Translations under genes and position numbers: made by a program
Shown: one piece after another, positions 39,321-48,708 of the stretch
Position numbering within the stretch: the stretch's first letter is position 1
How the letters are laid out: every line of letters begins with the position of its first letter
The notes under the pieces: generated by a model
What the model was told of the DNA's origin: nothing
The model's database searches: none
What the model saw: only the letters and a program-made list of their open reading frames with translations
Origin: Minisyncoccia bacterium
Lineage (GTDB): Bacteria > Patescibacteriota > Minisyncoccia > Phycocordibacterales > Phycocordibacteraceae
Length of the DNA: 64,000 nucleotides
NCBI GenBank assembly: GCA_050011835.1
Contig: JBEKII010000002.1
Coordinates: 8,086 to 72,085 of the forward strand
Direction of reading: 5' to 3'

Positions 39321-40709
39321 ATGAAACTCTCATTTTATGGCGGAGCAGGAAAAGTAACTGGTTCAAATTTTTTAATTTCCGCCAGTGGAGGGAAAGTGCT
39401 CGTTGACTGTGGTATAGAACAAGGCGTTGATTTTAGCGAAGCGGATACTTACGGGCCATTTCCGTACGATGCGAAAACAGTTGACGCGCTTGTTCTCACG
39501 CATGCGCATCTTGACCATGTCGGCCGTATTCCGAAACTCGTGCGGGATGGTTTCCGCGGGAAAATTTTTATGACACCGCCGACGCGCGACCTCGCCGAGC
39601 TCATCTTGCGCGATTCAGTCGGCATTCTCGGCGAAGAAGCCGCTCGGCTCGGCGAAACGCCGCTCTATGAGGGAAAAGATATTGATGCAATGTTCTCTCT
39701 CGTTCAAGCGCTTGAGTATCATACCGAAAAGGAAGTCGCGCCCGGGCTTTCCGTCTATCTACGCAACACGGGCCACATCCTCGGCTCGGCGAGCGTGCGG
39801 ATTAAAAATGAGAAAGATGATGCGGTCGCACTCACGGGCGACATCGGCAATTCTCCCTCGCCCTTGTTGCCCGATTGGGAGCCGGTCACTGACGCGGACG
39901 TGCTCGTGATGGAAAGTACGTATGGAGACAGAGTTCATCCGGCGCAGCAGCGCCGTATCGAGGCCTTGGCCGAGACACTGAAAAAAGCAATTGCGCGTGG
40001 CGGCGCCATTCTTATTCCCGCCTTTTCGCTGGAACGCACCCAGCTCATGCTTTACGAACTTTCCAATTTTTTCTCTGCGGGCGAACTTCCCCGTGTTCCC
40101 GTTTTTCTTGACTCGCCGCTCGCGATAAAAATAACGGCAGTATATGAAAAATGGGGTCCAACGTACTTTAAACCCGAAGCGGAAGATGAGATGAAACGCG
40201 AGGGGAGCATTTTTGAATTTCCATTCCTGAAAAAAACGCTTTCGCGCGAAGAATCAGTAGCGATAAGAAAGATGCCGAACCCGAAAATCATCATTGCTGG
40301 TGCGGGAATGAGCCATGGCGGCCGCATCGGCCGCTCTGAAGCGCGTTATCTGCCCGATTCTTCCACCACGCTTATTATGGTCGGCTATCAGGCGCCTGGA
40401 AGTCCGGGACGGCGCATATCTGAAGGCGCATCAAGTGTGCGTCTTAATGGAAACGAGGTATACATCAACGCCAAAGTTGAAGTGCTTGACGGATGGTCGG
40501 CGCATGCCGACCGTGACGGACTCCTGAAATTTGCGGAAGCATCGCTAGCTGATAAACGCATCAAAACCATTTTCACCGCGCTCGGTGAACCTTCCGCTGA
40601 ACGCTTCCTTGCCCAGCGCATCCACGATTATCTCAACACCCGCGCTATCGTCCCCGAATATAGACAAACATGGGAGATTACGAAAGATTTCGTGAAAAAA
40701 GTTCAATGA
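39321..40709 (+). CDS. MBL-fold beta-CASP ribonuclease
   Basis: THAHLDHVG, GHILG, MESTYG, AFSLERTQ and WSAHAD motifs. Confidence 0.93.
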   Translation: MKLSFYGGAGKVTGSNFLISASGGKVLVDCGIEQGVDFSEADTYGPFPYDAKTVDALVLTHAHLDHVGRIPKLVRDGFRGKIFMTPPTRDLAELILRDSVGILGEEAARLGETPLYEGKDIDAMFSLVQALEYHTEKEVAPGLSVYLRNTGHILGSASVRIKNEKDDAVALTGDIGNSPSPLLPDWEPVTDADVLVMESTYGDRVHPAQQRRIEALAETLKKAIARGGAILIPAFSLERTQLMLYELSNFFSAGELPRVPVFLDSPLAIKITAVYEKWGPTYFKPEAEDEMKREGSIFEFPFLKKTLSREESVAIRKMPNPKIIIAGAGMSHGGRIGRSEARYLPDSSTTLIMVGYQAPGSPGRRISEGASSVRLNGNEVYINAKVEVLDGWSAHADRDGLLKFAEASLADKRIKTIFTALGEPSAERFLAQRIHDYLNTRAIVPEYRQTWEITKDFVKKVQ

Positions 40710-40725
40710 TATATTTATTTGAATT

Positions 40726-40947
40726 ATGGATTTGAAACTCGGTGTGTACGAACACTACAAAGGCAAGAAATATCGTGTGCTCGGCGTAGCGAAACACAGC
40801 GAGACCTTGGAAGATTTGGTCGTATATGAAGCGCTCTACGAAAACAAGACGTCAAAACTTTGGGTTAGACCTCTCAAAATGTTTCTTGAAGAAGTTGAGG
40901 TCAACAGTAAACGAGCGCCGCGATTCAGATATTTAAGTGAAGAATAA
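40726..40947 (+). CDS. DUF1653 family protein
   Basis: YEHYKG..Y...AKHSET.E..VVY.ALY...WVRPL.MF. Confidence 0.9.
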   Translation: MDLKLGVYEHYKGKKYRVLGVAKHSETLEDLVVYEALYENKTSKLWVRPLKMFLEEVEVNSKRAPRFRYLSEE

Positions 40948-40957
40948 AAACGGAAAC

Positions 40958-40996
40958 CGACCGAATCAGAAGCCACTCGGTTTCCGATTCGGTCGG
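40958..40996. terminator. Bidirectional hairpin between convergent genes
   Basis: CCGACCGAATC...GATTCGGTCGG. Confidence 0.6.
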
Positions 40997-41001
40997 GGAA
41001 G

Positions 41002-41469
41002 CTAATCAAAAGGGAGGACTGTCACCTTTGGGAAGTTCTTGAACTTCTCAACTTTTTCATCTCGCCGGTCGGCGGTAGTGATTACATAAAGCTCCTCAAA
41101 CCTGGTATACCCTTCCTGTATCGCCAGATCCCCATCAATGGGACAAAGTACACCCCCGATACTCCGAAACGGGACATCAACATGAACGAAAATACCTTGC
41201 TCAGCAAGCGTGTCTTCAAGGTCTGCCCCGTTCGCTTCTAAGACGTCTCTAGCAACCTGGAGTTCTTGGAGATTCCCAGGTTCGCGGCCGGCTGGACCTT
41301 TCTTCCTAACCGGAAGCCCGCGCCGCTTAAATTCTTCGTTTATTTGTGTTCCTCCACCAACGGTGATTACGGTGTAGGCCCTCTTGGATAAAGACGAAAC
41401 CCATTCCAAAAATTTTGGATTTTTAAATTTGTCTCCGCTGACTTTCACAAGTACGTTTTTACGAGTCAT
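41002..41469 (-). CDS. Hypothetical protein with amino-acid-kinase-like N-terminus
   Basis: VLVKVSG and TVGGGTQIN resemble AAK-family motifs; GGAGG SD before MTRKN. Confidence 0.65.
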   Translation of the reverse strand: MTRKNVLVKVSGDKFKNPKFLEWVSSLSKRAYTVITVGGGTQINEEFKRRGLPVRKKGPAGREPGNLQELQVARDVLEANGADLEDTLAEQGIFVHVDVPFRSIGGVLCPIDGDLAIQEGYTRFEELYVITTADRRDEKVEKFKNFPKVTVLPFD

Positions 41470-41526
41470 TCTTACCTCCCTTGATATTGTAGTTAGCCAA
41501 TGAGCCGATCTTTTCTGATTATACAA

Positions 41527-41874
41527 TTAAACGACTTTCTTCGCAATTCGGGTGAAAATTTCGGGATGGTCGGAGGCAAATTGTGCGAGGACTTTGCGGT
41601 CAAGAGCAAAGCCGTTCTTTTTTAATCTAGCGATGAAGGTGCTGTAGGATTTATGATCGCTGTCGCGGACGGCGGCGTTAAGGCGGACGATCCAGAGCTG
41701 GCGGAAGTCGGTCTTCTTGTCGCGGCGGTGGGCGAAGGCGTAGCGGCCCGCGCGCATAAGCGCTTCATGTGCATAACGTTCTTTCTTAGAGCGCAGACCG
41801 CGGTAGCCCTTGGCTCGCTTCAGAACATTCTTGCGGCGCTTCTGCGCCATGACGCCTCCTTTGATACGTGTCAT
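41527..41874 (-). CDS. rplT: 50S ribosomal protein L20
   Basis: AKGYRG, FRQLWIVRLNAA and LDRKVLA motifs. Confidence 0.97.
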   Translation of the reverse strand: MTRIKGGVMAQKRRKNVLKRAKGYRGLRSKKERYAHEALMRAGRYAFAHRRDKKTDFRQLWIVRLNAAVRDSDHKSYSTFIARLKKNGFALDRKVLAQFASDHPEIFTRIAKKVV

Positions 41875-41920
41875 AAAATTAGTTGTTAGCCGCTAGGGAA
41901 TAGAGTTTAGTAAATACAGC

Positions 41921-42106
41921 TTAAGAGCCGGGAAGGAAACGGCGACGCGTCTTCGCGTTTAGAGAAAGAGTAATCGGACGGCGTTTCCGCGAGCGCTCCG
42001 AGCCGCTCTGCTTCGCATTGAAATGGTCCTGGCCGCGGCTTCGCGCTATCAGCTTTCCTGTGCGTGTTACGCGAATTCTTTTCAGATAAGATTTATTCGT
42101 TTTCAT
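41921..42106 (-). CDS. rpmI: 50S ribosomal protein L35
   Basis: MKTNKS..KR.RVTRTGK; infC-rpmI-rplT synteny. Confidence 0.92.
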   Translation of the reverse strand: MKTNKSYLKRIRVTRTGKLIARSRGQDHFNAKQSGSERSRKRRPITLSLNAKTRRRFLPGS

Positions 42107-42656
42107 TTTTTGATTTGGATTTCACTCGTTTTTGTTGAGCCGCGAGGTCACGTTCAATGACGCCCGCGAAGCCCTTCGGGCTTCTCTCAATAGGCTCAGC
42201 GACCTTATAGGCATACGGAATGCGTACAAGGAACTTCTCAAGGCGATCCTTAAGAAATGCTTCGTCCATGCCTTTGTAGCGGCCTTTGAGGAAAAGTTCG
42301 GCGCGTACGCGATGTCCTTCAGCGAGCCACTGCGCGGCTTTTTTCGCCTTAAGAAGCATATCGTTCTCGCCGGTACCCACCTTAATCTGGACTTCCTTGG
42401 TCTCCGATATCTTGACCTTGGATTTCGCTACTTTCTCCTTCTTGCTTCGCTCGTATTCAAATTTACCATAATCCGTAATCTTCGCAACGGGCGGAACGGC
42501 CGAGGGCGAAATTTCAATAAGGTCAAGTCCCGCAACCTTCGCCGCCGCAAGCGCGTCAGCGAGCGGGAGAACGCCGAGATTTTCTCCTGTTGCGGCAATA
42601 ACGCGCAACTCTTGCGCGCGAATTTCGTTATTTATGCGAAGTCGTTCGGTAGCCAC
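42093..42656 (-). CDS. infC: Translation initiation factor IF-3 (likely GTG start at 42656)
   Basis: RINNEIRA and LDLIEISP..PPVAKITDYGKF motifs. The TTGCAT-18bp-TATAGT promoter overlaps the ORF-track start. Confidence 0.95.
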   Translation of the reverse strand: MATERLRINNEIRAQELRVIAATGENLGVLPLADALAAAKVAGLDLIEISPSAVPPVAKITDYGKFEYERSKKEKVAKSKVKISETKEVQIKVGTGENDMLLKAKKAAQWLAEGHRVRAELFLKGRYKGMDEAFLKDRLEKFLVRIPYAYKVAEPIERSPKGFAGVIERDLAAQQKRVKSKSKNENE

Positions 42657-42812
42657 TGGAAGTAGGGGCACTATAGCATAAAAGGGGAAGTGAATGCAAG
42701 TAAAAAAAGAAATTGCTCGATATCATACTTTCGCAACAACCGCGAGAGCTATCGCCGCGCCCGCACGAATTATTTTTTGATCCATATATTTATTTAGATA
42801 ACAAAACTTCTT

Positions 42813-43421
42813 TTAGTTATTGCAGTTCTCTTGCACCCTATTCTTTCTCGCGCGATACGCGAGGAGATTATGCCGAGCGATAAGGAAAAGAACAAGGAGA
42901 AAGATGAGCGCGATACTCCAACGCACCGGGCCAATCCATGCGGAAGTAAAGCTGCCGAACCAGTAGGAAACAGAGAAAAGGAATGTCGTCCAGATTGACG
43001 CCGCAGTGATTATCGTGAGCACGAAAGAAAGAAACGGCAAGCGGAAGAATCCGCATGCGGTAAAAGTCGGAAGCCGCAACCCCGGGACGAAACGGGCAGA
43101 GAAAACGGTAAGCACAAAACGGCTCTCGAGCCATACGCGGAAAGGCGCGACAAGGTCGTGATCAACGTAGCGTCCGAGGCGCGGATGAATGCTCGCTAGC
43201 CATCCGAGAAAATAAAGTCCGAAATCGCCGACGATGATACCCGTATAAAGAGATAGAAGCGCAACAGGAATTGAAATAATGCCGTCAGCCGCAAGCACTC
43301 CTACGATGACCGTTGTCGGGTCTTCAAAAATGAAGACGCCGAGGATAATCGTGAGCGAAAGAATCGCCGTATTGTTAATCACGCCGCCGAGAAGGTGGGA
43401 AAGAAAAAAGAAAGGAAACAT
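42813..43421 (-). CDS. DedA/VTT family membrane protein
   Basis: FEDP, GDFGLYFLG and ARFVPGLR motifs. Confidence 0.88.
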   Translation of the reverse strand: MFPFFFLSHLLGGVINNTAILSLTIILGVFIFEDPTTVIVGVLAADGIISIPVALLSLYTGIIVGDFGLYFLGWLASIHPRLGRYVDHDLVAPFRVWLESRFVLTVFSARFVPGLRLPTFTACGFFRLPFLSFVLTIITAASIWTTFLFSVSYWFGSFTSAWIGPVRWSIALIFLLVLFLIARHNLLAYRARKNRVQENCNN

Positions 43422-43480
43422 GTGAATCGTCCCATTCTAACAAATTTTCTGCGATGTGGCGCGTAGTATACTTAAGCGCC

Positions 43481-44098
43481 ATGCTGCTTCAGACACGCTC
43501 TCAACAGAGTGATGACGCATCAGATGAGGAGATTGTTCACCGGGCACTTCTCGATAAGGAAGCATTCGCGCTCATCATCGAACGCTATGAAGCGAAACTT
43601 GCGCGCTATCTTGAGCGACTTGGTGTCGGCGTTCTTGAAGACCGCGAAGATATTCTGCAAAATGCGTTCGTTAAAGCATACAAAAACCTTAATAGCTTTG
43701 ACCCGACGCTCGCGTTTTCTTCGTGGATGTATCGCATTGCGCACAATGAAGCGATGAGTTTCTTCCGCGCGAAACACGCTCGACCGCAGGTTGTTTTAAG
43801 CGAGGAAGGTGAAGCGCTCATTACGGAATTGGAAGACGAGGATACCGACACCTCTCGTGTTGCGGAAGCTCGGCTTTCTCAGGAAGAGCTCGCAAAAGCC
43901 TTTGCGAAACTTTCTCAAGCATATCGTGATGTTCTTACCCTGCGTTTTTTTGAGAATCGTTCATATACCGAAATGTCTGATATTCTGGAATTGCCGGTGG
44001 GGACGATTTCTACGCTCCTCTATCGCGCCAAACGTGCTTTGCGCGCCGCAATGCCGAACTCATTTTATCATGATGACACACAACGACCACAACAATGA
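43481..44098 (+). CDS. ECF sigma factor
   Basis: EDILQNAFVKAY, FSSWMYRIAHN and GTISTLLYRAK motifs. Confidence 0.93.
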   Translation: MLLQTRSQQSDDASDEEIVHRALLDKEAFALIIERYEAKLARYLERLGVGVLEDREDILQNAFVKAYKNLNSFDPTLAFSSWMYRIAHNEAMSFFRAKHARPQVVLSEEGEALITELEDEDTDTSRVAEARLSQEELAKAFAKLSQAYRDVLTLRFFENRSYTEMSDILELPVGTISTLLYRAKRALRAAMPNSFYHDDTQRPQQ

Positions 44099-44954
44099 CC
44101 CTCTCTCGCAGCGTGTGTTTCAGCGCATTGCAGGCGAGCACCTTGTCCCGCGCCCGCGCTGGGAGTTTAGAATAAAGAACTATTTTTTCTGGACGCTTGG
44201 AGCGTGCGCGGTCGTACTCGGCGCGCTCGCATTCTCGGCAACGCTCTTTGAGATTACGAATGTTGATTGGCGCCTTTCAGTCGCAACGCACCCGAGCTTC
44301 TTTTCCTTTTTTCTCGCCGCCGCGCCCTTCCTCTGGGTGTTCGCGCTCGCATTTTTTATCGCCGTTGGATATGTAAATATTCGCCAAACCAACCACGGTT
44401 ATCGCTATTCGCTCGCAATCATCGCGCTGGGCGCGGTGCTTATGTCGCTTACTCTCGGCAGCGGTCTTTATGTTGCCGGTCTCGGCGGCGTCATTGAAGA
44501 ATCCATCGGTGACCATCCGCCATTTTATCGCCCCATTCTTCTTGAGGAGCGCTCGTGGTGGTTGGCGCCGGAAAGGGGGCTTTTGGTGGGGGATGTGATG
44601 AACGTTGCGCCCGACATCACTTCATTCGTTCTTCGTGATTTCTCGGGGCGATTCTGGGAAGTTGAGGGAAGCGACTTGCATAATCCTGACCTCGCCGCCG
44701 TCGCGCGCGGCGGAGTCGTGCGCGTCGTTGGTGTGCCAGCACAGGAAGGTGCGTCCGCTTCAACGACAATGTCCTTTCATGCTTGTTTCGTATTTCCTTG
44801 GGAGGCAGAGAGGCCCAGAAATAAACCGCTTCCGCTACCTCTCGCGGCGATCGCTTCTTCTAGTGAAAGGAGTGCGACGACAACGTCCAGTGAGGAATGT
44901 AGAAACATTCGTCCTTATCGGCAGCTTCGTAGCATTGATGATGCGGGTTTCTAA
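44070..44954 (+). CDS. Membrane protein, putative anti-sigma factor
   Basis: Overlaps the sigma 3' end; three TM segments plus an extracytoplasmic domain. Confidence 0.65.
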   Translation: MMTHNDHNNDPLSQRVFQRIAGEHLVPRPRWEFRIKNYFFWTLGACAVVLGALAFSATLFEITNVDWRLSVATHPSFFSFFLAAAPFLWVFALAFFIAVGYVNIRQTNHGYRYSLAIIALGAVLMSLTLGSGLYVAGLGGVIEESIGDHPPFYRPILLEERSWWLAPERGLLVGDVMNVAPDITSFVLRDFSGRFWEVEGSDLHNPDLAAVARGGVVRVVGVPAQEGASASTTMSFHACFVFPWEAERPRNKPLPLPLAAIASSSERSATTTSSEECRNIRPYRQLRSIDDAGF

Positions 44955-44969
44955 CTTTATTATAGTGAA

Positions 44970-45335
44970 ATGACGACTATCATTCTCGGTGTTATTTTGG
45001 CGCTTCTCGGGCTCCTCGGATTCATTTCAAATCCGCTCATCGGTGCGAATGCACTGTTTGGCGCTAACGCGGCGCATAACCTTATTCATATTGTTCTCGG
45101 AGCAATTCTTCTCATTGTCGCCTTCCGGTTCAACAAGAGTTCCGCACTATGGCTTAAGATTATCGGCGCGATAATGTTCTTTCTCGGTCTCATCGGCGTT
45201 CTTACCGTTCCGTCTGCCGGCGGAATGGTGCTTGGTTTTGTTGCCGCGAACGGCGCCTCCAATTGGCTCAATTTCGTTGCCGGCATCGTTATTTTTATTG
45301 CCGGAATGCAGGGGAAGGGAGATGCGGGGGCATAA
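44970..45335 (+). CDS. DUF4383-like four-TM protein
   Basis: GLLGF...N.AHNLIHIVLG...NWLN pattern. Confidence 0.75.
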   Translation: MTTIILGVILALLGLLGFISNPLIGANALFGANAAHNLIHIVLGAILLIVAFRFNKSSALWLKIIGAIMFFLGLIGVLTVPSAGGMVLGFVAANGASNWLNFVAGIVIFIAGMQGKGDAGA

Positions 45336-45371
45336 TTGCATAGAGCGAATAAAGCGCGTATCCTAGGCACC

Positions 45372-45866
45372 ATGAAACGTACTGGTGTTGTACTCATTAT
45401 GGTACTTGCATTTTGCGGTCTTTCCGATTCGGTCTATATCGCACAAAATGAGACGAGTCATACACCGCTCCTCTGTAATGTTAATAATCTTTCCGGATGC
45501 AACATCGTCGCTTCAAGTCAGTACGCGCACCTCTTCGGGATTCCGCTCGCCGAGTACGGCGCGCTCTTCTACGCCCTCATTTTTATTATTGCCGCTTTGG
45601 AAATCATCGTCTTTGACCAATTGCTTCGCCGCGTACTTCAAGGACTTTCACTCGTCGGCATTCTCATATCCCTTTACCTCACTTTCCTTGAGATATTCGT
45701 CATACGCGCGTTATGCATTTATTGCCTCGTGTCTGCTTGTATTGCGCTTCTCATCTTCGTCCTCGCCTGTCTCATAGAGCCGATACGACCAATCAAAGGA
45801 TGGTCCGCCTCCGGCGAAAAAAAGACAGAAACACCGCCGCCGCACCTTTCAATGCCGCCTGTCTAG
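45372..45866 (+). CDS. Vitamin K epoxide reductase (VKOR) family protein
   Basis: C....SGCNIVASS.YA.LFGIP and CIYC redox motif. Confidence 0.93.
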   Translation: MKRTGVVLIMVLAFCGLSDSVYIAQNETSHTPLLCNVNNLSGCNIVASSQYAHLFGIPLAEYGALFYALIFIIAALEIIVFDQLLRRVLQGLSLVGILISLYLTFLEIFVIRALCIYCLVSACIALLIFVLACLIEPIRPIKGWSASGEKKTETPPPHLSMPPV

Positions 45867-45874
45867 CAATTATT

Positions 45875-47041
45875 ATGAATCGCCATTCTTTCATCTTGCT
45901 CGTTTTGGTTCTTCTCCCCGCGAGCGCTTTTGCGGCGCACGCACCCGCGTCTTTCTCGGCGGCGCGTTCGCTTCTCGCCGCGAGCTCCTCGCCCGGGAAC
46001 GCCTATGTTGCCGGTTTCTCGGTTGTAACTACCGCGCCGGTTTCTGGTGACCTTTCAGCTATCGGCGGCAGTATCGTCATCGCCGCGCCGGTTTCTGGCG
46101 ATGAACTTCTCTTCGCTGGTTCTTTGAGTTCGCGCGCGCCGGTTTCTGGTGATTTTCGGGCGGCGGGCGGAAACATCACTGTTGAGAAACCAATCGCAGG
46201 AGACCTCATTGCTTTCGGCCTCTCCGTGAATGACTCTGGCCGTGCCGGCGGAAGTATTTTCATTGCTGCCCTGAATGCCGCTTTGATTGATGGCGCATCA
46301 GGCCCGGTTACCATTTATGGCAATAATGTTTCGCTCGCCGGCGATTTTTCAGGCAATATAGATGTCGTTACAAGTGGCCGTCTGACACTTGCGCCAGGCA
46401 CCACAATCCACGGCATTCTCTCTTATGAAGCACCCGAAGCGGCGTTCATTCCCGCATCCGCGGCGATAATCGGCGGAATTGACTACAGAAATGTCTCTTA
46501 TCTGCCGAATGCCGGGACATCGCGAGCACTCGCATTCGTGAGCGTCGGATTTTTCCTTTTCGTTCGCATTCTTGGGGCTCTCGTTCTCGCTGGTCTTCTC
46601 GCTGGTCTTTTCCCGCGGCTTGCGGAAATGATTACCGACTACGCGTACACAGCGCGTCCGCGCGGCATTCTGCTTACGATGCTGCTTGGCTTCGCGATAC
46701 TTGTCGCGACGCCGATTCTTTCCGTTGTACTTCTCCTGACATTCGTCGGTGTCGGCATCGCGCTTCTCGTTTTTATTCTCTACGCCTTGTTGGTATTTCT
46801 TTCTCTTATGTACGCGGGAATTCTTCTTGGCGGCATACTCGCGCGCCGTTACGCGCGGCGCGAGACCGTTCTGTGGCACGATGGCGTGCTCGGCATGTTC
46901 ATACTCTCGCTTATCGCGCTGGTGCCGTTTGTCGGTTTTTTTGCAGTGCTTCTTCTCACCATTTTTTCTACAGGGGCTCTTTCATCCATATTTTTTGATT
47001 TTGCTTTTCCACACGAAGAGCAAACGCCCGAGTTGTTATGA
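45875..47041 (+). CDS. Membrane protein with beta-helix (polymer-forming cytoskeletal-like) repeats
   Basis: Signal peptide, repeated APVSGD units and several C-terminal TM segments. Confidence 0.75.
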   Translation: MNRHSFILLVLVLLPASAFAAHAPASFSAARSLLAASSSPGNAYVAGFSVVTTAPVSGDLSAIGGSIVIAAPVSGDELLFAGSLSSRAPVSGDFRAAGGNITVEKPIAGDLIAFGLSVNDSGRAGGSIFIAALNAALIDGASGPVTIYGNNVSLAGDFSGNIDVVTSGRLTLAPGTTIHGILSYEAPEAAFIPASAAIIGGIDYRNVSYLPNAGTSRALAFVSVGFFLFVRILGALVLAGLLAGLFPRLAEMITDYAYTARPRGILLTMLLGFAILVATPILSVVLLLTFVGVGIALLVFILYALLVFLSLMYAGILLGGILARRYARRETVLWHDGVLGMFILSLIALVPFVGFFAVLLLTIFSTGALSSIFFDFAFPHEEQTPELL

Positions 47042-47697
47042 GCCGCGAAGAACGCGCATCGCGTGCAAAGAACATAGTTGCATATCTGAAAAAAACGTAT
47101 CCAGAACCAGCGAGCGAGCTTGCATACACGACACCATTTCAGTTTGTTGCCGCGGTTATTCTCTCGGCGCAGTGCACAGATAAAAAAGTGAATGAACGTA
47201 CCGCAACGCTTTTCAAGAAGTATAAAACAGTGAATGATTTCGCAACCGCCGACCTGAAAACTTTTACGGAAGAGATTTCCTCCATTCCGTTTTTTCGCAA
47301 CAAGGCGAAAGCAATTATCAACGCGGCAAAAGAAATACAAACGCGGCACGGCGGAGCCGTGCCGCGCACGGAATCGGAGCTTGTCGCCCTCAAGGGCATC
47401 GGCTATAAAACCGCGCATGTCATCCTTGGCGAGCTTTATAATATTTGGGAAGGTATTGCGACCGATACGCATGTAAAACGCTTCGTTAAACGTTTTGATT
47501 TAAGTGACAACAATAACCCAACGAAAATCTCAAAAGATTTAGAAGCGCTTATTCCGAAAAAGGATTGGAAGTATGTGAACAACGGCCTCGTTCACTACGG
47601 TCGTTACGTGTGCCCCGCGCGCCCGCATGATTGTACGAGGCATCCGCTCACCAAACTCTGGCCGCCTGCGGCTCACCGCTGGCCGAAAGCGAAATGA
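47038..47697 (+). CDS. nth: Endonuclease III
   Basis: ILSAQCTDKKVN, HhH LKGIGYKTA and TDTHV motifs. Confidence 0.93.
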   Translation: MSREERASRAKNIVAYLKKTYPEPASELAYTTPFQFVAAVILSAQCTDKKVNERTATLFKKYKTVNDFATADLKTFTEEISSIPFFRNKAKAIINAAKEIQTRHGGAVPRTESELVALKGIGYKTAHVILGELYNIWEGIATDTHVKRFVKRFDLSDNNNPTKISKDLEALIPKKDWKYVNNGLVHYGRYVCPARPHDCTRHPLTKLWPPAAHRWPKAK

Positions 47698-48491
47698 ATA
47701 TATCGCGTTTTCGTAAAACCGTTTGGGCATATTACAAAAAATCCGGTCGGCATAATTTACCATGGAGGAAAACAAAAAATCCCTACCGGATTCTCGTTTC
47801 GGAAGTAATGCTCCAGCAGACACAAGTGGAGCGGGTCGTATCGTTTTATAAAAAATTCATCAAAAAATTTCCGACGACAAAAAAACTCGCCACCGTGCCA
47901 CTTTCTGAAGTTTTGAAAACGTGGCAGGGGCTTGGCTACAATCGCCGGGCTAAGCAACTGAAAATTGCCGCCCAAGCGCTCACGGTAAAAAAGGTTTACA
48001 CGATTGAGGAATTAGAGGCATTGTCAGGCGTCGGCTCATCTACGGCGCGCGCGATCGTCGCGTTTGCATACAATAAAGATGTCATTTTTGTAGAGACGAA
48101 CATTCGCACGGCCGTTACTTATCATTTTTTCTTGAACAGACAAAAAATTTCAGATAAAGAAATTGAAAAAATTCTCACGGCCGCGCTCCCGCGCGGCCGT
48201 GCACGTGAATGGTACAGCGCACTGATGGATTACGGCGCGTATCTGAAAAAATCTGGTATCAGATTAAATTCAAAACACACACATTACGTCAAACAAAAAA
48301 AGTTCACCGGTTCCAGCAGGGAAGCGCGCGGCGCTATTCTGCGTGAACTCGCCAAAGGCGAGTTCACGCTTCCGCATCTGACTAATTCTCTCGGCACCTC
48401 TCGTCGCGCGCAGCTCCGCGCGGCGCTTGTCGCACTCGAGGTAGAAGGATTAATCAAGAAAATCGGCAGAATTTACTCCCTCGCAAATTAA
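47694..48491 (+). CDS. mutY: MutY-like A/G-specific adenine glycosylase (short)
   Basis: LPWR..NPY.ILVSEVMLQQTQV, WQGLGYNRRA, ETNIR and ALMDYG motifs. Confidence 0.88.
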   Translation: MNISRFRKTVWAYYKKSGRHNLPWRKTKNPYRILVSEVMLQQTQVERVVSFYKKFIKKFPTTKKLATVPLSEVLKTWQGLGYNRRAKQLKIAAQALTVKKVYTIEELEALSGVGSSTARAIVAFAYNKDVIFVETNIRTAVTYHFFLNRQKISDKEIEKILTAALPRGRAREWYSALMDYGAYLKKSGIRLNSKHTHYVKQKKFTGSSREARGAILRELAKGEFTLPHLTNSLGTSRRAQLRAALVALEVEGLIKKIGRIYSLAN

Positions 48492-48560
48492 TTGACAGGT
48501 TTTACTAAGTGGGCTAACCTTAAAGCAGATAAATATTCTCTATGGGAGGAGGTGTTTATT

Positions 48561-48701
48561 ATGGGGTGCTTTATGCCTTCTATAAAAAACCCGATCAAAC
48601 TCATTGAGAAGAACAAAAAGCGACTAAAGAAGCAGAATAGGAAAGGAAAAGCCGAAACGGGGAAGAAAGCCCTTAAAGCTTTTCTTGATCTGATTGATTA
48701 A
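48561..48701 (+). CDS. Small basic hypothetical protein
   Basis: GGAGGAGGTG SD, 46-aa Lys-rich ORF, downstream hairpin. Confidence 0.45.
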   Translation: MGCFMPSIKNPIKLIEKNKKRLKKQNRKGKAETGKKALKAFLDLID

Positions 48702-48708
48702 GTCCCCT

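Noticed and set aside
39378-39392. Family B repeat inside the beta-CASP gene (ISASGG)
   Set aside because: Single degenerate 15-mer with no evident length increase of the protein loop; not counted.
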